Virus record (IMG/VR): IMGVR_UViG_3300047094_000158 | DNA from: an uncultured virus (IMG/VR IMGVR_UViG_3300047094_000158) | Taxonomy: Duplodnaviria > Heunggongvirae > Uroviricota > Caudoviricetes | Strand: one strand, 5' to 3' | DNA length: 64,000 nucleotides | Part shown: in pieces, positions 9,408-19,716 of the stretch | Layout: every line of letters begins with the position of its first letter | How positions within the stretch are numbered: position 1 is the stretch's first letter | Position numbers and translations under genes: made by a program | Notes under the pieces: generated by a model | What the model was told of the DNA's origin: nothing | Databases searched by the model: none | What the model saw: the letters and a program-made list of their open reading frames with translations, nothing else

Positions 9408-9722
9408 TTAGCGCATTATGTATTTAAGCGCTGATACCAGATCGTTTATTGCTTGTGCTGCTGTAAAGTATATGTTTTTCTTTGCCCTGTCAGATTTGTC
9501 AACATTGGCCATCCAAGTGGCTTTAAAAGACATTTTTGCTGCAATGGCTTGTAGCCTTACAATTTCAAGGCTAGCAGCCTGAAGGGGGATATCTGGTTTT
9601 ATAATAATTTTTGCGATCATAGTTAAAGCAACGGTCAATTCCTCATCTTGCATATAGTCTGCAATCTCTGTTAAACCATTTACCATGTCAAGTGTTGTTT
9701 TTTGTGATCCTGGTTCAGACAT
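9408..9722 (-). CDS. Hypothetical helical protein
   Basis: 104-aa ORF in the recombination cluster, SD GAGGAG. Confidence 0.75.
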   Translation of the reverse strand: MSEPGSQKTTLDMVNGLTEIADYMQDEELTVALTMIAKIIIKPDIPLQAASLEIVRLQAIAAKMSFKATWMANVDKSDRAKKNIYFTAAQAINDLVSALKYIMR

Positions 9723-10014
9723 TATATTTCTCCTCTGTTAATTGTTCTAGCATGTTCATTTCAATTATGGCAAGTCTTACTTTTGTATTTCCTTCTCCAA
9801 GAATTACAACAATGGCTGGAGACTTATCTCTACCTGCTTGAATAGAATCAGTAACAGCCTTTGCCCATACGTCCTTATTTAATGTAAAAGATTTGCTGGC
9901 TTCTTTAAAGTCAACAACAAATTCACGCCATGTTGCATCGCCCTTCTGTGTGTTTCTACCAGAATTTTTATGCTGCTTAGCACCTATTCTTTTACTTTCG
10001 TTCTTTTCGCTCAT
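9715..10014 (-). CDS. Small PD-(D/E)xK nuclease, Holliday-junction-resolvase-like
   Basis: NSGR..KGD...VDFKE motif; start moved to ATG 10014 (MSEKNES). Confidence 0.65.
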   Translation of the reverse strand: MSEKNESKRIGAKQHKNSGRNTQKGDATWREFVVDFKEASKSFTLNKDVWAKAVTDSIQAGRDKSPAIVVILGEGNTKVRLAIIEMNMLEQLTEEKYNV

Positions 10015-10180
10015 AATCCTTCTTTGTTGGGGGAAGTAGGTTAACTTTTGAAATATGTTTTTGTGTACACATCCATGTCGCATCTCCAGTCTCTCTCCAA
10101 TATCTTAAAGATGTTACAATTTCTTGGCAAGTTTTACATGGCCACTGGCCAGGATACACGGTAAAATTTTTTTCAAGCAT
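9992..10180 (-). CDS. Small zinc-ribbon protein
   Basis: CKTC ... CTQKH; overlaps neighbours in operon fashion. Confidence 0.65.
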   Translation of the reverse strand: MLEKNFTVYPGQWPCKTCQEIVTSLRYWRETGDATWMCTQKHISKVNLLPPTKKDYERKERK

Positions 10181-11186
10181 TAATTATTTTTGCCTTAAGT
10201 TGTTCTTGTAAAATTAGGTCTTCTTTGACACGGTCTATAAACCCATCACGACCTTGCACCTTTGTTCCATCATCTAACTGATACCATGCTCCAGTTCTAT
10301 TGACTAATCCCATTGATTCTGCGGTATCAACTAAGTCCCCTATTGCATCAATACCAATATTGTCACCTCTAAAATAAAAATCATACTCACCAGATTGAAA
10401 CCCTGGAGAGGTTTTAGAGAATTGTAGTTCCCAACGAATCTTTCTACCAATTTTTTCTTCAATTAATTTATCTCCCACTTTAATCTTTCCTTTAATTGCT
10501 TGATTTTCTGACTCAGAAGAAAACAATTTAATTACGCAAGATGAATAGAATTTTGTAGCCTGACCGCCAGAAGGCTGTTGACTTGTGTACATCGCATTAA
10601 TGTTATTTCTTGATTGTGAAATAAGAACAAGCAATGTCGGTTTTACCTTGTTGTTGGCATAGTTAAGCATTTTCCAGGCATTGCTAAAATCTCTAGACTC
10701 TGCACCAATCTGTTTTGTATTTTCAAGTGCTTTCATTTCGTCTGAATCTTTTTCAAAATATATTGCAGGAAGCATTGATGTAATTGAATCAATAACAATA
10801 AGATCAACTCCAGCATTTATAAGTCCAACACCAACATCTACCATGTCGCTAATAGTACGTGCTTGTGAGTAAATTAATTTTGTTGGATCTACCCCCATTT
10901 GTTTAGCCCAATCTTCTGAATAGGACATTTCAGAATCAATCCATGCACAAGTCTTGCCTTCTTTTTGTGCTAAAGCAATCATTTGTAGACACATAGAAGA
11001 TTTTGCAGATGACTTGCTACCCCAAACAAGAACCTGCCTTCCGTATGGCAATCCGCCACCTAGAGCACGATTTAAACCAAAACTTGGAGTGGGCTGATAC
11101 TCAAAATTAATTCCCTCTCCTGTGCCAAGACGTTTTCTAATTCTTGGGTCTAACTGTGCTAGTACATCTTGTATATTAACTGACAT
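10173..11186 (-). CDS. recA: RecA/UvsX-like recombinase
   Basis: LNRALGGGLPYGR, Walker A variant GSKSSAKS, WIDSE, IVIDS, SGGQATKFYSS, GAWY. Confidence 0.93.
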   Translation of the reverse strand: MSVNIQDVLAQLDPRIRKRLGTGEGINFEYQPTPSFGLNRALGGGLPYGRQVLVWGSKSSAKSSMCLQMIALAQKEGKTCAWIDSEMSYSEDWAKQMGVDPTKLIYSQARTISDMVDVGVGLINAGVDLIVIDSITSMLPAIYFEKDSDEMKALENTKQIGAESRDFSNAWKMLNYANNKVKPTLLVLISQSRNNINAMYTSQQPSGGQATKFYSSCVIKLFSSESENQAIKGKIKVGDKLIEEKIGRKIRWELQFSKTSPGFQSGEYDFYFRGDNIGIDAIGDLVDTAESMGLVNRTGAWYQLDDGTKVQGRDGFIDRVKEDLILQEQLKAKIINA

Positions 11187-14100
11187 TTACATCCTCCATA
11201 ATTACCGTGCCATCTTTGGTTTTACCAAAACTAAATTTATATGATTTGCCTTCTTCAATGTGCATATATGCTTTTGGAAATGCCGTAGGAAATACTGTTA
11301 CTGAGTGTAAGTCTCTTGAGGTATCTGCCAAAGTTAAAGAAGCCATTTTCTTTCCAGCCTTTGTTATTCTTGATTTAAATGAAACAACAAACATCTCATC
11401 TTCTGTATAAGGTAGTTGTTTATAACTTAAAAATTTAACAAGTGCATTTGTAGATCCTTTTATTTCATCAACAGGAATTGCAGAAACAATCCTATTATCG
11501 TTAGCAAGAACCAAGTAAGTGCGACCCGTTTCAACAGTTGTTGACTCTTCATCAAATACACCAACACTCCCAGTTTTGTCCAGAATTTCAACTCGTGACC
11601 AACCCTTTCCCCTTTTAATTGCTTTAACCATGCCCATTAAGATAAAAGATCCTTTTTCCTCAAAATCTTCAATTGATTGAATAAATGCATAATAGTGAGA
11701 TGGAATAGAAACATTAAACTCTGGAAGATTTAAATACTCATAAAGATTTTCTTTAATGTCTTCATCATTACGTGGATTATCAGAAAATGTTGCAGCACCA
11801 GTTAGCCTAAGTGCATTTAGTGCTCTACTGTTTACGCCATTACCTTTTGTAAAAGTAAATTCTTCAAGTTGTTTATAACTAGTAAATGGTCTTGCATCAA
11901 TATATTTTTGTGCAATATTATTTGAAATAAACTTAATTCCAGTTAGTCCAAAACGAATACCCTTACCTTCAATTTTAAAATCTAAACCTGAGTCATTGAT
12001 GTGTGGTAGTTTAATTGAAATTCCCATACGCTTAGCCTCAATTAAATATTCTGTACGACCATCTTTATCTTTTTCATTTTTAAGAAGAGCAAACATAAAC
12101 TCAAGTGGGTAATAGTATTTTAACCACGCCGTCCAATACGAGAGCGTAGAATAAGCAACCGCATGAGATTTGTTGAACGAATACCCTGCGTGTTCTTCAA
12201 AGTCTTTCCATAGATCCAAGGCCTTATTAGGAGATATGAACTTGCTCGCCCCAGCAACAAACCTATCTTGAAATAAATTGAATTCTTTCGCATCTTTTTT
12301 CTTTCCAATAATCTTACGAACCTTGTCAGCCTCTGCCATTGTCATTCCACCAAGATAAACGCAAGCCTGCATAACTTGTTCCTGATACAGGATACACCCA
12401 TATGTATCATCTGTAAATTCTTTCATAGTTTGATGAATATAAGAAACGTTTTGCTTACCATGTTTACGAGCAATATAATCTTTTCCAATAGTATTCATTG
12501 CACCTGGACGGACAAGGGCATTGGATGCTGCTAACTCATTAAAGTTTTTTACTCCCATTTTTACTAAAAGGTTTGTATATGGAGTTGCTTCACATTGAAA
12601 TACACCCTTGGTATATCCATCTGAAAGCATTTCATATACTTTAGGATCTGCCATGTCAATAGATAAAAGATCAATATCCTTATAATGATTTTCTTTAACC
12701 ATATCAATGCAATCTTTTACTACGCTTAAAGTTTTAAGACCAAGAGCATCAATTTTTATAAGACCAATTTTTTCAGCCTCTTCCATATCAACACCAACCA
12801 CAGGAATGCGATCATCAGATCCAGGAGAAGAACGGGTTTCTAATGGCGCATATCTAAAGATTGGATTTTTACTAGTAACCACGCCAGCAGCGTGAATGCC
12901 CGTACCCCTAATACGGCCACGTAATTGCTCTCCATAAATCTCTACCTCTGGGTATTTTTCTCTAAAAGATAATGTAGTTTTAGATGTGCAATATTCATCC
13001 CAGGTATCAACAAGTTTTAAAACCTTGTTAACATCTGTAAGTGGAATATCTAAGACTCTTGCAACATCTCGCACAACACCCTTATCTTTAAATTGAAGGA
13101 ATGTTGCAATAGATGCTACGTGCCTATACTGTCTAACTAAATAATCTTTTACTTCATCACGACGAGTATCTTGGATATCTGTATCAATATCGGGGAAGTC
13201 GTTACGTTCTGGATTAATAAAACGAAAGAACAAAAGACCATGTTCTAATGGATCAATGTCAGTAATACCAAGAAGATAACAAACCAAAGAGCCAGCAGAA
13301 GAGCCACGTCCTGGACCAACCAAGATTCCCTCTTTCTTTGCCCAAGAAATCATATTTTGAACTACTAAGAAGTATGGTGCAAATTTTTTATCACGAATAA
13401 TGTCAAGTTCTTCTGTTAGGCGAAGTTCATAGGCATCATTTCCAAGCCAGTTAGAATTTAAATTTTTTTCTTCTAGCGCAGCAAAGGCCAAGTTTGCTAA
13501 TTCTTGATCTGGATTTTTGTATTGAACTGGAAGTAAATCAAGACCATCTTTAATGTCATAGTCTTTTACTGTCTCTGCTAGTAATAGTGTGTTTGAGTAT
13601 ATGTCTTCTCTATCAATACCCTGTTTTTCCATTGCTGCTTTAATCTCTTCATAAGAAAGTAAGTGAATGTCAAATTTATTAAATGTTATCTGACGATCTT
13701 CCCCATAAAGATAGTCAAGGCGCTCCATCATAGAATCAATCTTTATAGATTTTGCATATGTGGTATCTTTTTGTACCTTAGCGTGAGTATTCATTAAAAG
13801 TTTAAACTCTTGAATATGCTTTTGTGATTCATCAGCGTGATGACAATCTGGCGTAACTACAACCTTAATATTAAATTCATCGGCAAGATCAATAAGGTAT
13901 TTATTTATTTCTGGTGTATTGTGTGGCATAACCTCAATGTAGTAGTCGCTACCAAAGTTATCTTTAAACCACCCAATGTGTTTTTTAGCAAGTGCAAATT
14001 CCTGCTCTTCTAATGCCTTAACGATAACGCTGCTAGGACAAGCAGATGTTACAATTATTCCTTCTTTATATTTTTGAAGAATTTCAAAATCAAACCTTGG

Positions 14101-14463
14101 CTTTTTAAAAAATCCATCTGTCCATGCTATTTCACTAATCTTGTTAAGATTTTCTAAACCTTTTTGGTTCTTGGCTAGAAGGATAATATGATTATAAACA
14201 AGATCTTGTTGACCTGTTCTTTCAGACTTATCTCTTTTATCTGATATGTCTGCACACATATATCCTTCTAGACCAAGTATTGGCTTAATACCCTTTTCTT
14301 TTGCAGAACGGTAAAACTCTCTGTGACCAGAAAGTGAACCGTGATCTGTAATTGCAAGAGCGTTCATACCCAACTTGCTAGCACGGTCTACATACTCTTG
14401 TGGAGTTGCTATGCCGTCAAATAGGGAGTAGTGAGTATGAACATGTAAGCCTACGTAGTTCAT
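11176..14463 (-). CDS. dnaE: DNA polymerase III alpha subunit (family C)
   Basis: PHP domain HVHTHYS, ITDHG, DCHH; GRGSSAGS; DFPDIDTD; KIDALG; YSFNKSH; C-terminal OB folds. Confidence 0.96.
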   Translation of the reverse strand: MNYVGLHVHTHYSLFDGIATPQEYVDRASKLGMNALAITDHGSLSGHREFYRSAKEKGIKPILGLEGYMCADISDKRDKSERTGQQDLVYNHIILLAKNQKGLENLNKISEIAWTDGFFKKPRFDFEILQKYKEGIIVTSACPSSVIVKALEEQEFALAKKHIGWFKDNFGSDYYIEVMPHNTPEINKYLIDLADEFNIKVVVTPDCHHADESQKHIQEFKLLMNTHAKVQKDTTYAKSIKIDSMMERLDYLYGEDRQITFNKFDIHLLSYEEIKAAMEKQGIDREDIYSNTLLLAETVKDYDIKDGLDLLPVQYKNPDQELANLAFAALEEKNLNSNWLGNDAYELRLTEELDIIRDKKFAPYFLVVQNMISWAKKEGILVGPGRGSSAGSLVCYLLGITDIDPLEHGLLFFRFINPERNDFPDIDTDIQDTRRDEVKDYLVRQYRHVASIATFLQFKDKGVVRDVARVLDIPLTDVNKVLKLVDTWDEYCTSKTTLSFREKYPEVEIYGEQLRGRIRGTGIHAAGVVTSKNPIFRYAPLETRSSPGSDDRIPVVGVDMEEAEKIGLIKIDALGLKTLSVVKDCIDMVKENHYKDIDLLSIDMADPKVYEMLSDGYTKGVFQCEATPYTNLLVKMGVKNFNELAASNALVRPGAMNTIGKDYIARKHGKQNVSYIHQTMKEFTDDTYGCILYQEQVMQACVYLGGMTMAEADKVRKIIGKKKDAKEFNLFQDRFVAGASKFISPNKALDLWKDFEEHAGYSFNKSHAVAYSTLSYWTAWLKYYYPLEFMFALLKNEKDKDGRTEYLIEAKRMGISIKLPHINDSGLDFKIEGKGIRFGLTGIKFISNNIAQKYIDARPFTSYKQLEEFTFTKGNGVNSRALNALRLTGAATFSDNPRNDEDIKENLYEYLNLPEFNVSIPSHYYAFIQSIEDFEEKGSFILMGMVKAIKRGKGWSRVEILDKTGSVGVFDEESTTVETGRTYLVLANDNRIVSAIPVDEIKGSTNALVKFLSYKQLPYTEDEMFVVSFKSRITKAGKKMASLTLADTSRDLHSVTVFPTAFPKAYMHIEEGKSYKFSFGKTKDGTVIMEDVNVS

Positions 14464-14464
14464 A

Positions 14465-15121
14465 TTACCAATCTGTGTTGGTTGATGAAGTTACGGATGG
14501 AGTATCAAACCCCAAATAGAATGCTTCTTGCTCAGCATAAGGAATTTTCTTTAGTGCTAACTCAAGTGCATATGGCTTTAGTGCTGCCCAGTTAAATGGT
14601 TCTTTGTCTGGTGCAGATGGAATAAGTGTATAACTTGTTTCAGTTCCCTGACCATTACGCTTCACTTTCCATGTAAGATTTGAAATACTGCCTGTCTCCA
14701 GTGCGTATTCACGAATAGTATTAAATGCAGATTGCTTGCTTACGCCCATTGACCAAATAGCCACATATGGCTCTTCAATTCCATCATCTACAAGTACGTT
14801 GCAATAAAAACGAAGACGTGCTCTCCAGCCAGCCTTTGGATCCTTGCGATGCATTTCTTCAGCCCAGTCACGACCTTCTGATTCCATAGTGTCTACAGCC
14901 TTACGCTTATAGTCCTTTGGATTTGTGTGTTCTTTAACAACAAGTGCTAAACCACGTTCTGCGTTGTAATTTGCAGAGTCTTCGTCAAGTTCTTCAACGA
15001 ACCTAATTTTTGCAGACTGTCCATCGGCAAGTTTTAACCATCTTACCTTTGGAGAGTTTTCATCATACTTTGGCTTGTCAACTAGGGCATTAATGTTTTT
15101 GAGTCCCTTTACAATAGTCAT
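14465..15121 (-). CDS. Single-stranded DNA-binding protein (phage OB fold)
   Basis: Position between primase and polymerase; WLKLADGQSAKIRF, KVKRNGQGTETSYTL; short C-terminal tail ending DW. Confidence 0.65.
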   Translation of the reverse strand: MTIVKGLKNINALVDKPKYDENSPKVRWLKLADGQSAKIRFVEELDEDSANYNAERGLALVVKEHTNPKDYKRKAVDTMESEGRDWAEEMHRKDPKAGWRARLRFYCNVLVDDGIEEPYVAIWSMGVSKQSAFNTIREYALETGSISNLTWKVKRNGQGTETSYTLIPSAPDKEPFNWAALKPYALELALKKIPYAEQEAFYLGFDTPSVTSSTNTDW

Positions 15122-15147
15122 ATTATTTTTTCTCCTTGTTTTTTATT

Positions 15148-15462
15148 TTATAGTACTAACCCAAAATGTTTTAAAATAAATATGATAGCAAGAGCACTCC
15201 ATAATATATTAAACCAAATTAAAGTTGGTATAGTTTTTACTGTTGATGACCAGATTAGCCCCAAACTTGACACTAAAGCAAAAATGTAAAACCACCATAT
15301 GCTAATATCAAATAAAAGGCCTGGAATGATAATTAGGCCTTTGGCAACAAAAGCAAAAAACTCAACAGTATTGGCTTTAGTCCAATATTTTTTATGACCC
15401 ATTGTTTTTAAAGCAATAACCCACTGCATGTTTTTATTTTTTGTTTTATTTTTCATGTTCAT
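15148..15462 (-). CDS. Small integral membrane protein (about 3 TM)
   Basis: Three hydrophobic segments; AT-rich; inserted between primase and SSB. Confidence 0.65.
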   Translation of the reverse strand: MNMKNKTKNKNMQWVIALKTMGHKKYWTKANTVEFFAFVAKGLIIIPGLLFDISIWWFYIFALVSSLGLIWSSTVKTIPTLIWFNILWSALAIIFILKHFGLVL

Positions 15463-15467
15463 CTTTT

Positions 15468-16391
15468 CTATTTTAACATACTGGTAATGGAATTGTCAAA
15501 CTTAAACTCCAGTTTTTTAATTGCATCATCATCCATGTCGCCTATATCTTTATATTTTTTATCTATATACACAGAAGTAACAACAGGCCCAAGTCTTTTA
15601 ATTAACTTATCTCTCATTATTATTCCTGCATCATCGTTATCTGCAATTAAAACAATGCTATTAAAATACTTTTCTAATAGTTTTATCTGTGCTGCAGAAA
15701 CATTAGCACCCAGCGTAGCAACCGCAGGGAATCCTACTTGATCTAACCTAATTGCATCAAATGAAGACTCTACTACATAGACAATACTTGAAGTCTTTAT
15801 TCTATGTAAATTAAATAATGTTTTACCTTTTGGCAATCCAGGTGTATTTTTAAATTCTTTTCCTTCAACAGTTCTAGCCACAAACCCTATACACATTCCA
15901 TCTGGGGAGTGTACTGGTATTGTTACTGAATCTTGTTTTTCTGAATACCCAAGATTAAACTTATTAATAGAGTCTTTTGTAATACTTCTTCCTTCAAAAT
16001 ATCTAACTGCTCTTGGAGACTCCAATGCTTGATTAGTTAATCTTTTAATAAGAAGTTCATCGTACTGAATAAATTCTGGTTTTTCAACTAATGCCCTGTT
16101 TACTGAATCCTCAATACTTGTCTCTTGTTCTTTGCTTTTAATATACCTAATTGATTCAAAGTATGTTCTATTAGATGTGTGCATTATAAATTCAATAAGT
16201 GTTTTTGTTGTCTGGCATCCAAAACAAAAAAACATCCCATGATCTTTTGATACTTCTCCAGCAGGAGTTCTATTGTTATTGTGATATGGACAAAAAACAA
16301 TGTAGTCAGTTCCATACTCTGCTTCAATGTCAATTCCAGCGCCAGTTAGTACACGACGTACCTGTTCTGCAGTATACACATCTTTAACCAT
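15468..16391 (-). CDS. dnaG: DNA primase
   Basis: CHC2 zinc finger CPYH...CFGC; TOPRIM VVESSFD and IADNDDAG; start moved to MVKDVY at 16391. Confidence 0.92.
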   Translation of the reverse strand: MVKDVYTAEQVRRVLTGAGIDIEAEYGTDYIVFCPYHNNNRTPAGEVSKDHGMFFCFGCQTTKTLIEFIMHTSNRTYFESIRYIKSKEQETSIEDSVNRALVEKPEFIQYDELLIKRLTNQALESPRAVRYFEGRSITKDSINKFNLGYSEKQDSVTIPVHSPDGMCIGFVARTVEGKEFKNTPGLPKGKTLFNLHRIKTSSIVYVVESSFDAIRLDQVGFPAVATLGANVSAAQIKLLEKYFNSIVLIADNDDAGIIMRDKLIKRLGPVVTSVYIDKKYKDIGDMDDDAIKKLEFKFDNSITSMLK

Positions 16392-17610
16392 TTTTATCCT
16401 CATAGTCTTTATAGCGATAGTATCCTCTATCAAAGTCTACTTGAACTAAAAAATCACCCATAAAACCATTTCTATTTTTTCTAAATACGCATTCAATAAT
16501 ATCACTATTCGTAGCACGACCAAGAGCCATTACCCAGTCAGCATCATAGGCAATCTGTCTTGACCAAGCCGTTTGACCCAGTGTTGGTGGGCTAGATAAA
16601 TCCTTAACATCATCTGGTGTAGCAGAAGAAATAGCCATAATTGGAACCTCTTCACTGATAGACATAAGTTTAAGTTCTCGTGAAAGGTTTTTCATTCGTA
16701 CCGTTTCATTATCTGATTTTTGATTTGGAGACATAAGTTGTAAATAGTCAACAACAACAAAGTCTGGTTTATACTGATCAATTTTTCCACGTATAACCGA
16801 AGGAGTCACTTCTCCACCACTGTCATTAGATATAATATGAAACTCTGGCTTACCCTGTAATTTATCTGCATGCCATTTTTTAAGCATATCAATCTCTACT
16901 TCGCCATTGCTAAGTTTACGATGAGACCAAAGACCTTCACCCATAATTGCAAATACACGATTACGAACTTCTGTTTCAGACATTTCAAGACTTATGACTA
17001 GTGGGCTACGACCCTGTTTCCAAGCCTGTACAGCGAAATACAAGGCCAGCCAAGACTTTCCAATACCTGGGTATGCAAGGAAGACTCCAAGTTGTCCTGG
17101 CATAATTCCAGAAGGTAAATAGTTATCAAACCCTGGAAGCCCAGTTTTAATTCCAACCTGTCCAAGATCCTGCATTTTTTTTACATTTTCAAAATAAGCA
17201 ACTGCAGAGTCAAGGTCTGTTACCTCAATATCTCTAATTGCAGCAGTATTTTTTTTAAGTTCTGATGTCTTGGTAATTAAATGTTCAAGAGCATTATTAC
17301 CATTACCGCTTTGAACTTCACCTGCTGCATTTCGTAAAATATCTTTAAGGCTATCATTTAAATATTCTGATTGTAATTCTTCAAGATGGTGCTTAGTTGC
17401 ACCAACCCCCTCTACTGGATTAAAATCTCTAAACTTTTCTACAACTAATGATGTTGGTGGAACCGATTGGTTATTTTCTGAATACTGTCTAATAAAATTC
17501 CAGACATCGTTGTGAGTTCTTAAAAGATTATCAACATTGGCTTGTAACAATACATGGATTTGTTTATCATTTAATACTGCTGTAATTAATTTTGCTTCTG
17601 TATTATTCAC
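16384..17610 (-). CDS. dnaB: Replicative DnaB-like helicase
   Basis: AYPGIGKS, SLEMS, VVDYLQL, YDADWV, KNRNG. Confidence 0.93.
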   Translation of the reverse strand: MNNTEAKLITAVLNDKQIHVLLQANVDNLLRTHNDVWNFIRQYSENNQSVPPTSLVVEKFRDFNPVEGVGATKHHLEELQSEYLNDSLKDILRNAAGEVQSGNGNNALEHLITKTSELKKNTAAIRDIEVTDLDSAVAYFENVKKMQDLGQVGIKTGLPGFDNYLPSGIMPGQLGVFLAYPGIGKSWLALYFAVQAWKQGRSPLVISLEMSETEVRNRVFAIMGEGLWSHRKLSNGEVEIDMLKKWHADKLQGKPEFHIISNDSGGEVTPSVIRGKIDQYKPDFVVVDYLQLMSPNQKSDNETVRMKNLSRELKLMSISEEVPIMAISSATPDDVKDLSSPPTLGQTAWSRQIAYDADWVMALGRATNSDIIECVFRKNRNGFMGDFLVQVDFDRGYYRYKDYEDKNG

Positions 17611-17911
17611 TAATCCACTTTCTTGCTAGTTTTCTTCGCTCTTCTCGTTCTTTAATATCTTGCTCTACTTCTATTTTACCATTAAGAATTTTTTCTGCAT
17701 TGTATGCAAAATAATTCCAAGTAGGATTTTCCGCTATCTTAAAATAATAATCTAATAAATCATAACATTGAGAAATGCTATAAGATTCAACAAGAGCATC
17801 TGCAGCCCATTGTTCAACATTAAGATTCATGTTGCTTTTGGCTTCATATCTTTGTAGATGCAACTTATTGTATCTACTGAGCAAAGCCATACGGTCTTTG
17901 CGTTCAGCCAT
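17603..17911 (-). CDS. Hypothetical protein next to helicase
   Basis: 102-aa ORF, translationally coupled. Confidence 0.75.
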   Translation of the reverse strand: MAERKDRMALLSRYNKLHLQRYEAKSNMNLNVEQWAADALVESYSISQCYDLLDYYFKIAENPTWNYFAYNAEKILNGKIEVEQDIKEREERRKLARKWISE

Positions 17912-18123
17912 TAGTCGTTACTGTCGGCCTCTGACTCGGCTTCTTTAACTTTTTCTGTTAACTTTTCTTCAACAAATTTATAAATTCTTTCAAAAGCCTG
18001 CTCTGTATTTTCATCATCACGCTTAGAATCAACTACTCCAAAATCAAATCTTAATGACTGAAAATTACCTAGATTAAGCGTATATCCAAGTGCTACAGAT
18101 ATTTTTGTATTTTCGTTTTCCAT
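17911..18123 (-). CDS. Hypothetical phage protein
   Basis: MENENTKISVALGYTLNLGNFQSLRFDFG; start moved to ATG 18123, preceded by GGTGGGG. Confidence 0.75.
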   Translation of the reverse strand: MENENTKISVALGYTLNLGNFQSLRFDFGVVDSKRDDENTEQAFERIYKFVEEKLTEKVKEAESEADSND

Positions 18124-18142
18124 TACCCCACCATTTCTGCTA

Positions 18143-18685
18143 TTAAATATTCTCTGCCCAAACAGGAATAAATCTACCATCTTCTGTCTTCGTATATGTA
18201 AGTATACCGTCTCCCATTCGCCGTGTCAATTCTTGGCTTGTAGGAGTCATATTATTTGTTATAAGTCCATCTTTTCTTGGTTGCCCTATATGTATAGTAG
18301 CCAGTATAGCACGAATGTCCTTTACCATGCTTTCTGAATAATATGACCTTATTCTAAAACCACGTTCGCCATTTAACTTTGATCCAACTGGTAATGGAAT
18401 TACACCGTTTTTCATTAATTTAGGCATATACTTTCTATGACGATTAATCAATTTAGCAGTCTCTGCTACGGTGTAGGCTCTTTCTCTTTTTTTTCTAAAA
18501 TCTGAACGTAAACAAGTTTCAAGTCTATCTTTAGTTATATTATAAACAGAAACCATGCCAGTAGATCGTGAACTATGATGAAGCCTTACAAGATCTCCAT
18601 TAAGAAACCATATTTTTTTATTTCCTTGTATTACAGTTTCGTTATTGTATGCTTGGCTCTGAATGATTCCTTTGCTAGTAACCAT
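18143..18685 (-). CDS. MerR-like HTH DNA-binding protein
   Basis: AYTVAETAKLINRHRKYMPKLMKNGVIPLP...RSYYSESMVKDI. Confidence 0.7.
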   Translation of the reverse strand: MVTSKGIIQSQAYNNETVIQGNKKIWFLNGDLVRLHHSSRSTGMVSVYNITKDRLETCLRSDFRKKRERAYTVAETAKLINRHRKYMPKLMKNGVIPLPVGSKLNGERGFRIRSYYSESMVKDIRAILATIHIGQPRKDGLITNNMTPTSQELTRRMGDGILTYTKTEDGRFIPVWAENI

Positions 18686-18822
18686 CTACCTTCTTCGCTT
18701 TCTGTTGGCGGATGAAAGAATTTTCTTAATCCACATATAACACAATATGTTTCCATATGCTGGATACTACTATATTGTCTGTCAACAAGTACTCTACCCC
18801 TACATTTTTTACAAAAAATCAT
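18631..18822 (-). CDS. Small zinc-ribbon protein
   Basis: CKKCRG ... CVICG. Confidence 0.65.
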   Translation of the reverse strand: MIFCKKCRGRVLVDRQYSSIQHMETYCVICGLRKFFHPPTESEEGRWLLAKESFRAKHTITKL

Positions 18823-18832
18823 TGTTTTATTC

Positions 18833-19273
18833 TCAGTTTGGAATTCCGATAATAATTAAGTGTACTGATAAAGATAGGTCACCAGAGGTACCAAACCTTA
18901 CAACGCCTTCAACTCTTGTTTCTGTAACGCTTTTTAAAACAATATTCACGTTTTGTCCTGCTGGAGTACCTCTAGTATTAACTGGTGTTGCTGATACTAT
19001 TGGTGGATATTTAAAGTCTTTAAAGTCATAAGTAAATGTTCTTTCGTTTCCCGCTGAAACTGTGGAGTTATTTGCAACTTCAACCAAACCGCCAACTATT
19101 CTTGTGTTAGAAGTTTGCACCTCTGCCTTACCCGCACTTGCTGTATCAATAATTGTTTTACTTGTTTGCTTAGAAGCAACATTTGTAGAAAGGTCGTTTA
19201 CAGCCTCAATCAATTGATATAAATATGTAACATCAAGAGGTTGCCCTCTTTCTGGTAGTGGTACTTTTGCCAT
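18833..19273 (-). CDS. Minor tail/tip protein with C-terminal H-type-lectin-like domain
   Basis: FKDFKYPPIVSATP...VHLIIIG; SD AGGAGG; last gene of the tail block. Confidence 0.55.
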   Translation of the reverse strand: MAKVPLPERGQPLDVTYLYQLIEAVNDLSTNVASKQTSKTIIDTASAGKAEVQTSNTRIVGGLVEVANNSTVSAGNERTFTYDFKDFKYPPIVSATPVNTRGTPAGQNVNIVLKSVTETRVEGVVRFGTSGDLSLSVHLIIIGIPN

Positions 19274-19289
19274 TTATTCCTCCTATTTT

Positions 19290-19298
19290 ATTATACCA
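19290..19298 (-). promoter_or_regulatory. Extended -10 promoter TGGTATAAT
   Basis: Recurrent motif; overlaps the stop codon of 19291..19716. Confidence 0.65.
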
Positions 19299-19716
19299 AA
19301 GAAACTAAGCCAGAATTGTATATTTGCAAATTGGCATTTAATGTTTTTTCAGATGATTCAACTTGAATAATTACACGTACATTTGTGGTTCCAGTTTTAA
19401 TAAATTGATATGAGTGAATTGGTGTTGTCCCATGATAGGTTGCCGTAGCCCCATCAAATCCAACAAAAACATCATACTTTGGTCTATTTAATTCATCTCC
19501 CCATACTGCACTAATAACCGAGGTTGAGACCTGTATGGCTCCAGCAACGCTGGTAATTGAGTCATCTAATACAAGATTTATTGGAGACCATTGAGAGGTT
19601 CTGTTTTTATCTTCAGAAACAATCCTATATCTAAAAACGTATCCAACTTTATCATGATCTAGTGCTGGCAAAGATGTTTTTTTAATTATAACTTTTTTAA
19701 TTCCTGCATCAGCCAT
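19291..19716 (-). CDS. Minor tail protein (beta-rich, FN3-like)
   Basis: YRIVSEDKNRTSQWSP motif; position in tail block. Confidence 0.6.
   Translation of the reverse strand: MADAGIKKVIIKKTSLPALDHDKVGYVFRYRIVSEDKNRTSQWSPINLVLDDSITSVAGAIQVSTSVISAVWGDELNRPKYDVFVGFDGATATYHGTTPIHSYQFIKTGTTNVRVIIQVESSEKTLNANLQIYNSGLVSLV

Noticed and set aside
11176..14463. Inteins or introns in DnaE (also checked terL, dnaB, recA, nrdJ)
   Set aside because: Lengths are ordinary, motifs are contiguous and no intein splice-junction or LAGLIDADG motifs were seen
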